A stretch of DNA of 64,000 nt from the NCBI GenBank assembly GCA_021806165.1, contig JAJZXY010000007.1, positions 15,059-79,058 of the forward strand. Reading direction: 5' to 3'. Within the stretch, counting starts at the first letter, position 1, and every line of letters starts with the position of its first letter. This DNA comes from Thermoplasmata archaeon. Lineage in GTDB: Archaea > Thermoplasmatota > Thermoplasmata > Sysuiplasmatales > Sysuiplasmataceae. A model generated the notes under the pieces. It saw nothing but the letters and a program-made list of their open reading frames with translations. It searched no databases and was not told where the DNA came from. Below are positions 10,413-19,388 of this stretch, piece by piece. A program made the position numbers and the translations under genes.

Positions 10413-11627
10413 TTGGTAGAAGCCGCTAAAGCGGGCAATGATGATGAGATCTACAGGAGACTGCTGCTGCTTGAGGAGAGAAACACCCAGCTGATGGAGC
10501 AGGCTCGCCGCGTTGAAGGGGAGAAGAGGTATGTGCAGAACGAGCTGGACAGGCTGCAGCGCGAGATAAGGAGGCTAAGGAGCGAGCTCGAGAGGCTCAA
10601 GGCTCCGCCACTCATCATAGGCAATGTCAGGGATGTTCTTAACGACGGAAGGGTGGTGGTAAAGAGTTCCACGGGCCCCGACTTCGTTGTCAACGTTGCA
10701 GAGAATGTCGAGGGTACAAAGCTTGAGGTGGGGGCAAGGGTCGCCCTGAACAAACAGACACTGGCTGTCATGGGACTCCTCCCTTCATCGCTCGACCCCA
10801 TTGTCACGGGTGCCGAGGTCATCGAGAAGCCGGACGCAACATATGGCGAAATAGGCGGACTCGAGAAGCAGCTTGTTGAAGTGAGGGAGGCTGTAGAAGA
10901 CCCCCTGCTCAGACCGGAGCTTTACAGGAAGGTGGGTATCGAGCCGCCTAAGGGTGTGCTTCTCGTCGGCCCGCCGGGCACCGGGAAGACGCTCATTGCC
11001 AAGGCTGTTGCCCACAACACAGATGCCACTTTCATCAGGCTCGTCGGTTCGGAGCTGGTCCAGAAATACATTGGCGAAGGTGCCAGGCTGGTCAGGGAGC
11101 TGTTTGAGCTTGCCAAGCAGAAGGCACCCAGCATAGTGTTCGTCGACGAGCTCGATTCGGTCGGCGCCAAGAGGCTTGATGTTGCCACATCCGGAGACAG
11201 GGAGGTTCAGAGGACGCTCATGCAGCTTCTGGCGGAACTCGACGGCTTCAATCCACTGGGCAATGTCAAGATCATAGGCGCGTCAAACAGGCCCGACATA
11301 CTGGACGAGGCTTTGCTGCGCCCCGGCAGGTTCGACAGGATTGTGAAGGTCCCTCCGCCAGGCGGCGAGGCAAGGGTGGACATATTCAAAATCCACACCA
11401 AGAGGATGAGCCTTGACAGCAACATAGACTTTGAAGAACTCTCTTCCAGGACTGACGGTGCTACCGGCGCAGACATACATGCCATATGCATGGAGGCGGG
11501 AATGTTTGCCATAAGGGAGAACAGGGACAGCGTCAACCTCTCTGACTTCGACAAGGCAATAACAAAGGTCATGGGAGAAGAGGAGCCGAAACAGGAAAGC
11601 GGGGAAGCTGGCCCGATGTTCGCTTGA
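10413..11627 (+). CDS. pan: Proteasome-activating nucleotidase
   Basis: N-terminal coiled coil, VVKSSTGP, Walker A GPPGTGKT, SELVQKYIGEG, EVQRTLMQLLAELDGF, C-terminal HbYX-like MFA; TTG start with SD GAGGTG. Confidence 0.97.
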   Translation: MVEAAKAGNDDEIYRRLLLLEERNTQLMEQARRVEGEKRYVQNELDRLQREIRRLRSELERLKAPPLIIGNVRDVLNDGRVVVKSSTGPDFVVNVAENVEGTKLEVGARVALNKQTLAVMGLLPSSLDPIVTGAEVIEKPDATYGEIGGLEKQLVEVREAVEDPLLRPELYRKVGIEPPKGVLLVGPPGTGKTLIAKAVAHNTDATFIRLVGSELVQKYIGEGARLVRELFELAKQKAPSIVFVDELDSVGAKRLDVATSGDREVQRTLMQLLAELDGFNPLGNVKIIGASNRPDILDEALLRPGRFDRIVKVPPPGGEARVDIFKIHTKRMSLDSNIDFEELSSRTDGATGADIHAICMEAGMFAIRENRDSVNLSDFDKAITKVMGEEEPKQESGEAGPMFA

Positions 11628-11628
11628 G

Positions 11629-11922
11629 CTATGCACCCTTCCTTTCCTCAATTTCCTTCTCGAATACTAGGGGGCCGATGTAGTCACATCTCTTGCAGTG
11701 GTACTTCTGGCCCGTGATTAGGCCTGCCTCGTAGTAGAGTTCGGTGGAACCGCAGGAGGGGCACTGTCTGACACGCCTGCGGGTGACACTGACGCCACAG
11801 TCCATGCACAGATAGGTGACGGCGTTCGCCTCCCTGGTCACAGCAGTGTTGAATGAGCCGCAGTCAGCACAGTGGTATTTCCTTACGCGCACGTACTGAG
11901 CATCCTGCTGCACGTATATCAT
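11629..11922 (-). CDS. Small double zinc-ribbon protein
   Basis: Four CxxC pairs (CADC, CMDC, CPSC, CKRC) in 97 aa; convergent with pan. Confidence 0.7.
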   Translation of the reverse strand: MIYVQQDAQYVRVRKYHCADCGSFNTAVTREANAVTYLCMDCGVSVTRRRVRQCPSCGSTELYYEAGLITGQKYHCKRCDYIGPLVFEKEIEERKGA

Positions 11923-12045
11923 TACCGCACATGCACATTTTTATGTTACGGGGTGAAGGCGGAAAAATCAACCGTGATAATGACCAAAAATGATTTAAAT
12001 ACCACATACAGGGAAATATGGGTAGCTAAAAGGCGAGGGTATCAA

Positions 12046-12390
12046 ATGCAACCTTTTGAAGCGATGCAACTGATGACCGACGAATACGCTGTGAAGATAC
12101 TCGTCGGGACGATGCGGAAACCGAGAACGGCAATAGACCTTTCCGAGCTGTTCGGAATACCTATAGCGGCATGCTACAGGAAGATCAGGCTCCTTGAGGA
12201 AATGGGCCTCATCACATGCATTGAGAGGAGGCTTACCAGGGAAGGGAAGCGCATAAGCGTCTATCAGTCGCAGCTCAAGAACGCTTACATGTCATTTGAA
12301 GATGGCAGGATGAGGGTCAGGTTTGAGCTTGCAAACGGCGTGGTCCAGGACTCCGGCGACCAGAGCCTGATTACGTCAATAACGGTCTGA
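12046..12390 (+). CDS. Winged-HTH (ArsR-like) transcriptional regulator
   Basis: DEYAVKIL...TAIDLSELFGIPIAACYRKIRLLEEMGL; ATG at 12046; TATA-like TTTAAATA upstream. Confidence 0.85.
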   Translation: MQPFEAMQLMTDEYAVKILVGTMRKPRTAIDLSELFGIPIAACYRKIRLLEEMGLITCIERRLTREGKRISVYQSQLKNAYMSFEDGRMRVRFELANGVVQDSGDQSLITSITV

Positions 12391-12498
12391 ATGGCACCCC
12401 TCGGGGCTGGCCCGGCAGATCTGCAAACAATTTAATTTCTCCTTTAAACTACTCTATTTCTCATCCATTCCTGGAAGCGGCGGCGGCGTGTAGAACAA

Positions 12499-12507
12499 CT
12501 TTAAGTA
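12499..12507 (+). promoter_or_regulatory. TATA box of topA (likely leaderless transcript)
   Basis: CTTTAAGTA 26 nt upstream of the ATG at 12534; no SD present. Confidence 0.5.
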
Positions 12508-12533
12508 TTGACCCTTTTCTTTAACGGAACATA

Positions 12534-14846
12534 ATGAAAAAGCTGATTATCAGTGAAAAGAACAGCGTTGCAATCCGGCTTGCATCCATACTTTCTTCAG
12601 GCAAATTCAAGAGGGAGAGCGGTGCGGGCGCTCCCGTTTACAGGTTTCAGCTCGACGGCGTTGAGTATGCCGTCATGGGCCTCAGGGGACACATAGTGGA
12701 ACTGGACTACCCCGAGGAATACAACAACTGGATGAAGGTCGACCCCAAGCACCTTGTCAATGCCGAACCGTACAAGAGGGTGATATACAGGAAGGCGGTG
12801 GATGCGCTGATACGGGAGGCAAAGGATGCCGACTGGATCATAATCGCCACCGACTTTGACAGGGAGGGGGAGCTCATTGGAATGGAGGCTCTCGAGCTGC
12901 TTAAGGCTGACAACCCTGCAACAGGCATCAGCAGCAGCTCTGACTTCCTCCCCAACGTCAGGATAAAGAGGGCGAGGTTCAGCAGCCTGGGCAGGAACGA
13001 GGTGCTCTCTGCCTTCGAAAATCTGCATGACCCGGATGAGAAGCTTGCAAAGTCCGCAGAGTGCAGGCAGGTCATTGACCTTGCATGGGGCGCCACACTC
13101 ACAAGAATGATATCTATCAGCGCGAATCAGGTGGGGAGAAACTTCCTGTCTGTCGGAAGGGTGCAGAGTCCGACACTCTCGCTCATCTCGAAGAGGGAGA
13201 TGGAGATAGAGAAATTCGTCCCGAAGGACTATTTCGAGATCCTCGGCAGGGCGAAGAAGGGGGATGAGTTCGGCATAAGCCATGAGTCGAATCCATTCTG
13301 GGAGGAGGAGAAGGTGAACGCCGTCTATTCGGCTATCAGGGATGTCAAGGAGGCCAGGGTCGTTTCTGCCGAAGTGGCGGAGAAGGAGGAGTACCCGCCC
13401 CCGCCATTCTCCACTACGCTCTTTCTGGTTGAGGCCACAAGGCTCGGCTATTCGGGCGCCGAGGCTATGGACATAGCTGAGAAGCTCTATTCAAGCGGCA
13501 TAATATCATACCCGAGAACAGACAACACCGTCTATCCCAGGTCGCTCTACCTGAAAGGTGTCCTTGAGAAGCTGTCAAGGACCGAGTTCCAGAAGGAGGC
13601 GGACGAACTCCTTTCGCAGGAGCGCATCATACCCTCCAGAGGACAGACTGAGACCACGGACCACCCGCCGATATACCCCGTGGAGGGTGCGAGCAGGAAG
13701 AAGCTCGGCAGGCGGGAATGGCCCATATACGAGCTCGTGGCGAGAAGATTCATGGCCACGGTGGCACCCAAGTCGGCCTATACGGAGATGGACGCGAAAC
13801 TTGATGTCGGAGGCGAGGTGTTCAATGCAAGGGGAAGGAGGCTTACAAGGGAGGGGTGGCGAAAATACTACCCGTACTTCAAGTTCACAGAGATGCCGGT
13901 GCCGGAGCTGCATGCCGGCGACTCCGCCCGGATAGTCTCCCTCAATGTCAGGAAGGAGAAGACAAAACCCCCGAGCAGGTACTCCCAGGGCTCACTCATA
14001 AAGGAGATGGAGAGAAGGGGGCTGGGAACCAAGAGCACAAGGCACGAAATCATTCAGAAGCTTGTCGACAGGAAGTATATCCAGGGGCAGACGATAAGAC
14101 CGACGCCCATCGGACTTTCGGTGACAGTTGCATTGGAGAAGTCGGCGCCTGAGATATGCGACAGCAAGATGACAGCCACCCTTGAGAAGGATATGGACAA
14201 GATTGCCGAGGGGCGGGTTGAGTACAGGGAGGTGTTGGGTGAGTCGAGGCAGATGCTCACATCCGTTGTCGACGAGATAAATGCAAACAGCAGGCAGATT
14301 GGCGATATGATTCGCGAAGCCATCATGAAGCAGAAGAGGATCGGGACCTGCGGATCCTGCGGAGGAGACCTGCGCATCGTTGAGAGCGCCCAGAGCAGGT
14401 TCGTGGGCTGCTCCAACTATCCTGAATGCAGGGTCACCTACTCCCTCCCGGCCGGATACCTTGTCCAGCCGTCAGAGGCAAGCTGCGAGACATGCGGCCT
14501 GCCAAGGATCAAGCTCATCACCAAGGGGCAGAAACCTGCGGAGGTGTGCGTAGACCCTGCCTGTGAATCTAACAGGAAGACCGGCTCCCTAGGCAAGTGC
14601 CCGAAGTGCGGGAAGGAGCTGAGGATTGTGAGGTCACAGAGGGGAAAGAGGTTTGTTGGCTGCACAGGCTACCCCTCATGCGACGTCACCTATCCGCTGC
14701 CACAGTTCGGCACAATCAATCCGCTCGGTTCTGCTTGCGAGGCATGCGGCGCACCGCTGATCGAGGTCAGCTCGGGAAGGAAGGGCAGGTGGCGCCTGTG
14801 CCCGAACCTGAACTGCCCGTCGCGGAAGAAGCGGCCTGATAAATGA
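12534..14846 (+). CDS. topA: DNA topoisomerase IA with C-terminal Zn ribbons
   Basis: LIISEK, IATDFDREGE, SVGRVQSPTL, catalytic ISYPRTD, GLGTKSTR, C-terminal Cys4 repeats. Confidence 0.98.
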   Translation: MKKLIISEKNSVAIRLASILSSGKFKRESGAGAPVYRFQLDGVEYAVMGLRGHIVELDYPEEYNNWMKVDPKHLVNAEPYKRVIYRKAVDALIREAKDADWIIIATDFDREGELIGMEALELLKADNPATGISSSSDFLPNVRIKRARFSSLGRNEVLSAFENLHDPDEKLAKSAECRQVIDLAWGATLTRMISISANQVGRNFLSVGRVQSPTLSLISKREMEIEKFVPKDYFEILGRAKKGDEFGISHESNPFWEEEKVNAVYSAIRDVKEARVVSAEVAEKEEYPPPPFSTTLFLVEATRLGYSGAEAMDIAEKLYSSGIISYPRTDNTVYPRSLYLKGVLEKLSRTEFQKEADELLSQERIIPSRGQTETTDHPPIYPVEGASRKKLGRREWPIYELVARRFMATVAPKSAYTEMDAKLDVGGEVFNARGRRLTREGWRKYYPYFKFTEMPVPELHAGDSARIVSLNVRKEKTKPPSRYSQGSLIKEMERRGLGTKSTRHEIIQKLVDRKYIQGQTIRPTPIGLSVTVALEKSAPEICDSKMTATLEKDMDKIAEGRVEYREVLGESRQMLTSVVDEINANSRQIGDMIREAIMKQKRIGTCGSCGGDLRIVESAQSRFVGCSNYPECRVTYSLPAGYLVQPSEASCETCGLPRIKLITKGQKPAEVCVDPACESNRKTGSLGKCPKCGKELRIVRSQRGKRFVGCTGYPSCDVTYPLPQFGTINPLGSACEACGAPLIEVSSGRKGRWRLCPNLNCPSRKKRPDK

Positions 14847-14954
14847 AGGGTGGTTCCAAATTTCGATCCCCGTTTAACAAAGTTCATATAGTGATTATTG
14901 TACAATAGGAATAGAAGGGAGGGATGGGTAAAATATTTTGACCATTCCCTTCCA

Positions 14955-14986
14955 GGGTGAGGTTTCCCCCACCTCACCCAAAAAAA
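14955..14986. terminator. Hairpin plus A7/T7 tract between convergent topA and the T4SS-like cluster
   Basis: GGGTGAGGT-ttccccc-ACCTCACCC followed by AAAAAAA; on the minus strand the T7 lies 9 nt after the stop at 14996. Confidence 0.6.
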
Positions 14987-14995
14987 CACTGTTTT

Positions 14996-15832
14996 TCAGA
15001 GAGCCTTCGCCTTGAGCTCTGTCTGTATCTGTTTCAGCTCGTATGAGCTGCTCGATCTGTTGACATAGTCTGCAATCATGTTCCTGACAAGGTAGGGGTG
15101 CTTGACGCCGTAGAAGCATTCACTGGGGAGCGCCCTCGGAACATCCGTCCCGTGGACAGCTATGGAGCCGCTGGCCCTCTCCCTCCCGGAGAGGTTGATA
15201 CCCGTTCCAACGCCAGCGGATGTGACTGGAACCACATTGCCGTATGAGAATATCCTGCCCAGCAGGGAAACATGCACGTCCACATCCACGATGTTCTCGT
15301 AGCGCATGTAAAGCTCATTGTAAGTGAGGAACTTCCTGATTAGAGCGACACGGAGATTTGTTACATAATACCTGTAGGACCTCCTGTAGAAGTCGGCAAG
15401 GAGCACCGCGGCCACGCCCGCCCCTGTTGTCACACCCGCAAGGAAAAGAGTGCTGTGTGACCTGAAGAGTGGGACTGATCTGAGTCCAAGCGAGGCGAGC
15501 GCAATCACGCCTATGAACGAAGCAAGTGTGAGCCAGTGCCTGTGCCTCCTCGTCAGATAGAGTGAGGATATGCCGATGAGGAGGGTCAGAGCTATCCAGA
15601 AGAGCACAGCGCTGTTGTTGCTTGTTGCCCCGAGGGCCACGGTAACATACTGGGCGGCGAAACCCATGTCCGGGGCAACATAGGCCAGCCAGAAACGAGT
15701 GTCCATGAAAGCGTAGTAGATGCCTGACCAGAGCAGGAGCATGATGCCCACCGCATAAATCCTTATGAACGAGAGGCGGCTCGGGTGCAGCTTCTTGACA
15801 AGTTTTTCATCCGGGAACGTCTGAATGTCCGT
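14996..15832 (-). CDS. Membrane protein with bacterial PH (bPH_2)-like domain
   Basis: Frame extends upstream of the annotated GTG to (T)DIQTFPDEKLVKKLHPSRLSF. About four TM helices, then RYYVTNLRV...Y..I.DVDVHVSLLGRIFSYGNV. The only plausible start is ACG at 15832. Confidence 0.75.
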   Translation of the reverse strand, partial: TDIQTFPDEKLVKKLHPSRLSFIRIYAVGIMLLLWSGIYYAFMDTRFWLAYVAPDMGFAAQYVTVALGATSNNSAVLFWIALTLLIGISSLYLTRRHRHWLTLASFIGVIALASLGLRSVPLFRSHSTLFLAGVTTGAGVAAVLLADFYRRSYRYYVTNLRVALIRKFLTYNELYMRYENIVDVDVHVSLLGRIFSYGNVVPVTSAGVGTGINLSGRERASGSIAVHGTDVPRALPSECFYGVKHPYLVRNMIADYVNRSSSSYELKQIQTELKAKAL

Positions 15833-15895
15833 TGCGATTCCTTCCTTCGGCTCTTCTGCTTCCGCTGCAAGCCGAGCAGTGTATGCCCTGCGCCC

Positions 15896-15903
15896 TTATT
15901 TAA
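15896..15903 (-). promoter_or_regulatory. TATA-like element for the bPH_2 gene
   Basis: TTAAATAA on the minus strand about 63 nt upstream of ACG 15832; GAAGGA SD-like motif 6 nt before the ACG. Confidence 0.4.
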
Positions 15904-15934
15904 CTGATCTTGTCTGACGGGCAGTCCCACGAAC

Positions 15935-16441
15935 TCAGCGCGGGTGCAATGCCTTATTCGCATCCCGCCCTTCCCACTGGCTTCCCAGTAGGGAAAGAAG
16001 TATTGAGAGGCGCCTGAGCTCCCTTCTCGCCTGCCCGCTGAGCCTTACGAACTGCCATCGCAGTAGCACCCTTCCCCCGGCCGCAACAAATGAGACACAT
16101 TCGGTGCCCATGATCGTGTCCAGAGCATGCCTCTCAATCCTGACCGAAGCCAGTGCTGTGGCCGGTACGGCAGTCCTCCTGAAGGGCACAAGCTCTACGA
16201 TTACGCTGCCGTCCCTTATGGAGTAGAGCGTCATGACCCTGAAGAAGGGGAAGCAGAGGAAAAGGGAGAGACTCAGCGCAATCGCCGGCGCTTCGGGAAG
16301 GAGGGGAGTCAGACCCATAGACAGCATCGCTCTGTAGACTGCCTGGAACTGAAGCGTGGAAAGGAGTGATAGAGGGATGCCTGCCGAAACGTACGGGAGC
16401 ATCGATGGCCTGATCCTGACAGAGGGTGAGTCAATCTTCAC
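15935..16441 (-). CDS. Small membrane protein, two TM helices plus PH-like C-terminus
   Basis: IRPSMLPY N-terminus, two hydrophobic segments, then TLYSI....V...TAVP...LASVRIER....I.GTE.V.F; GTGA overlap with the upstream gene. Confidence 0.55.
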   Translation of the reverse strand: MKIDSPSVRIRPSMLPYVSAGIPLSLLSTLQFQAVYRAMLSMGLTPLLPEAPAIALSLSLFLCFPFFRVMTLYSIRDGSVIVELVPFRRTAVPATALASVRIERHALDTIMGTECVSFVAAGGRVLLRWQFVRLSGQARRELRRLSILLSLLGSQWEGRDANKALHPR

Positions 16442-17106
16442 CTGTCTCCCCCTCCGCCCCCGGGTCTGCCCCGACCTCCTTCAACAAGACAGGCGGTGTA
16501 TCCTGCAAGCATTCCTGCCTTGAACGAGAGGCCCACAAGGGAGACCTGGGAGGGAGAAGAGAGGAACTCGTCCAGAGAAGCAAGGCATGCGCCCACGGCA
16601 CCGGACGCGTCGCATGGCATCCCGTCGTCGACGAAATTGGAGAGGTGGATTGAAACCAGTTCCGCTCCGGGCAGCGTGCCGCGTTCGTCTATGCGCCTGA
16701 CCACATTCATCACAGCCTCCCTTGCCCCGGCAGGGTTGACTGCCTCACCTTCAAGAGCCGGAGACGGGGACAGTGGGAGGGTGGACTGCATGGTATCGTG
16801 CAGTGAGAGGGAGTGCACCGTTATATTGCAGCGCTGAAGTGTGTCCAGTTCGCCCCTCAGCCACCCTGACCAGAATGCTATCTCCAGCAGGGTTGATGCC
16901 TGGTCGTCACCGGCTATTGCCACTTCCGGTCTCGCATCCTCCTTCAGCCTGCTCCTTATTCTCTCAGCCCACCACCTGTTGCCTCCGTCCGTCCCCTCGA
17001 GTATGGAGGAGGCCTCCGCCAGCTCCTCCTCGACCTCCGCAAGCCATGAGGAGAGCATGCCCTTCAGCATCTCGAGCCTCCTCCTGTATTTCATATTCTC
17101 TCCCAC
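16438..17106 (-). CDS. Hypothetical soluble accessory protein of the T4SS-like cluster
   Basis: 222-aa ORF tightly packed between neighbours; internal pseudo-repeat AFWSGWLRG / SFKAGMLAG. Confidence 0.55.
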   Translation of the reverse strand: MGENMKYRRRLEMLKGMLSSWLAEVEEELAEASSILEGTDGGNRWWAERIRSRLKEDARPEVAIAGDDQASTLLEIAFWSGWLRGELDTLQRCNITVHSLSLHDTMQSTLPLSPSPALEGEAVNPAGAREAVMNVVRRIDERGTLPGAELVSIHLSNFVDDGMPCDASGAVGACLASLDEFLSSPSQVSLVGLSFKAGMLAGYTACLVEGGRGRPGGGGGDR

Positions 17107-17109
17107 CGC

Positions 17110-18810
17110 TCACTCACCCCCTCCTGTCAGAGCAGAGAGTTCACGCAGGGAGTCAAGGGCCATCCTGCAGATTGCACCTTCAGGCGTTTCATGCTCAGGG
17201 GCATCGGAGCTGCACATAAGCCTCTCCTCCACGGAGGAGGGCACAAGGAGTGGAATCCTGTACCTTGATGTGATGAATATGCACCTGCCCGAGGAAGTGG
17301 CACGCGGCACGGAGTCTGAAATGAACGAGTATTCCCCGTCAGAGAGTGAGAGCGATCCTCCCATACTCCCCTCCCCCCTCTCATGCCTGAAGATGAAGTA
17401 ACTGCTGCAATTGTTGAGTATCCCCTCACCGAGCGAGCCTCCCCGGAAATCATCGACATTCTGAGACAGCAGTATGACACCGAGGCCGTAATGCCTGGAA
17501 TGCCTCATTATCTCGGACATGACATTCGCGGCCTCCCCGTCCCTGGAGAGATTCCATGCCTCGTCCACGATAAGCGTCTTCCTTCCCCCCAGGCGTCTGC
17601 AGCGCTCATACACTAGGGCGGAAATGAGGCATATCATAGGTGCCAGCCTGTCCCTCGGAAGCGAGCCCAGGTCGAATACGGTCAGGGCTCTACCCCCGGA
17701 GGGAATTCTGTTTCCGCCCATAAGTCTCAGAAATTCGGCGGAGCCGTATACTGAAGCCGCTCTGTCTGAGCTGCCGCGGGAAGATATGCACTCGGCCGCG
17801 ATCTGCGAGGGTGTCAATGACGGATTGTAGGCGGCAATCCCGGATGCAAGTGCCACAAGAGACGTTGAGTCTGCAACGTCAGGGCCCCCGCAATGCCGCA
17901 GGTAGAGAAGTAGACGGGGCAGGAGGCGCACGAATTCATCTGCACCGAGGAGGTTCAGACCGAGTCCTTCCCGTGCAACATCGATAACCTCGCCGCCACA
18001 ACCAAGCCCGCAGGTGAAGAATTCACCGAGCGGGTCGATTACAAACCAGCTCATTCCTGGAAAGGCACTTTCCCTCATGACAATCAGCTTGGCGAAGAAA
18101 CTCTTTCCGCTCCCGCTTTTGCCGACGATGGCCGCATTGAAGTTGGGGAGTGAGAAGCGATCGAACACCACCGCCGATCCGTCTACTGCATTCACACCCA
18201 GGAATGTACCCATGCTGTCTGCCACATCGGTCCCTGTAAACGGTATCAGGGCAGGCAGAGAATCTGCTGAAACCACAGGGCATCCGGCAAATGAGGGCCG
18301 CCGGTCAAGTGCAAATTCCCTGAGACCGTCCAGCTGCCTGTACCTCATGTTTGTGTAGGATACGGAGCTTGAAGCCAGCTCGGACTCGACAAGTCTCCTC
18401 TCCGATTCCGCGCCCTCCTGCGAAGTTGAGCAGACAGCGAGCAGCAGGGAAGCGTAATGGAGTGATGTCCTGGACATCCGGACATCCTCGGCGAGCGCCC
18501 TGAGCTCATCGGCGTCATTGACCAGCGCGTCCGCATGCTTTCCTGACTGCATCCTAGTGACTGCTTCAGCCCCCATTGCAAGCACGGTCCTGTCGATGAG
18601 ACCCGCAGAATGGGTCCTGGACATTCTGTACAGCGAGAGGGAGGCCGATACGAAGGGGTATCGGAGCAGTATGTCCGAAAGCCATCCGGCGGGCAGCGCC
18701 GGGGGGAAGGAGGTGACACGCAGCACTGAGACCGTGCCCGACCCTACAGACAGGGAGGTCGGGTCACGGCCTGCTGAAATTCCCCTTGACCGCATTCGCC
18801 TCCAAATCAT
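17110..18810 (-). CDS. VirB4-like P-loop ATPase
   Basis: FDRFSLPNFNAAIVGKSGSGKSFFAK (Walker A), FVIDPLGEF, LIVDEAW (Walker B), RHSRHYGLGVILLSQ, ILNNCSSYFIFRH; ATGA overlap with the upstream gene. Confidence 0.9.
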   Translation of the reverse strand: MIWRRMRSRGISAGRDPTSLSVGSGTVSVLRVTSFPPALPAGWLSDILLRYPFVSASLSLYRMSRTHSAGLIDRTVLAMGAEAVTRMQSGKHADALVNDADELRALAEDVRMSRTSLHYASLLLAVCSTSQEGAESERRLVESELASSSVSYTNMRYRQLDGLREFALDRRPSFAGCPVVSADSLPALIPFTGTDVADSMGTFLGVNAVDGSAVVFDRFSLPNFNAAIVGKSGSGKSFFAKLIVMRESAFPGMSWFVIDPLGEFFTCGLGCGGEVIDVAREGLGLNLLGADEFVRLLPRLLLYLRHCGGPDVADSTSLVALASGIAAYNPSLTPSQIAAECISSRGSSDRAASVYGSAEFLRLMGGNRIPSGGRALTVFDLGSLPRDRLAPMICLISALVYERCRRLGGRKTLIVDEAWNLSRDGEAANVMSEIMRHSRHYGLGVILLSQNVDDFRGGSLGEGILNNCSSYFIFRHERGEGSMGGSLSLSDGEYSFISDSVPRATSSGRCIFITSRYRIPLLVPSSVEERLMCSSDAPEHETPEGAICRMALDSLRELSALTGGGE

Positions 18811-19388
18811 GGATTCACCTCAGACAGAAGCATGCCCAGCAGCGGATGCATTTCCAGACTGCCGCCTTCCCGTGGTCTGACATTTGCCGACCCCACAGCC
18901 GGCTCGGCGGTGATTCCGCGTGGGAGCGCCATGTAGAAAGAGCGGCCGCATGAATCAGACATGCCCGGGACTGAAAGGAAGTGGACCGGCTCCCCCTCCC
19001 CTGCGCAGAGGCCGAGGAAGGATGAAAGGACTGCCTCCCTTTCATCATCAGGGGCGAATGAGAAGCTCAGGCCGGATATTGCATACTGGCGCATGCCTGA
19101 GTCATCCTTCTGCTGTGGAAGGAGAGGGGAGCGGTGAATTCCCATCCTGTATAGGATATACGAGTGAGCCAGGTGCAGTGGCCTCCTTCCCCGCCTCCCC
19201 TGGAATATCAGCCAGAATGCCATGCAAAGCGCAGCGACTGCGGCTGAGGCAGAGGCCTCCGGAGAGATGCGCCATGCCGCAAGCGGTACTGCCGAAATTC
19301 CGAGAGTTAGGCTTTCTCTCAGCGTGAACGGACCCATGACTGCTGACTCGTAGCGGAGTTGAGAGGGGAATGTGCAGTTCTCAGCCGT
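18807..19388 (-). CDS. PrgI/TcpE-like membrane protein carrying a VirB4-N-terminus-like segment
   Basis: FPSQLRYESAVMGPFTLRES + two TM helices, then YAISGLSFSFAPDDEREAVLSSF. Start is ACG 19388 (SD GGGGGTG) or GTG 19397; the ORF-track start overlaps the upstream gene by about 200 nt. Confidence 0.65.
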   Translation of the reverse strand, partial: TAENCTFPSQLRYESAVMGPFTLRESLTLGISAVPLAAWRISPEASASAAVAALCMAFWLIFQGRRGRRPLHLAHSYILYRMGIHRSPLLPQQKDDSGMRQYAISGLSFSFAPDDEREAVLSSFLGLCAGEGEPVHFLSVPGMSDSCGRSFYMALPRGITAEPAVGSANVRPREGGSLEMHPLLGMLLSEVNP

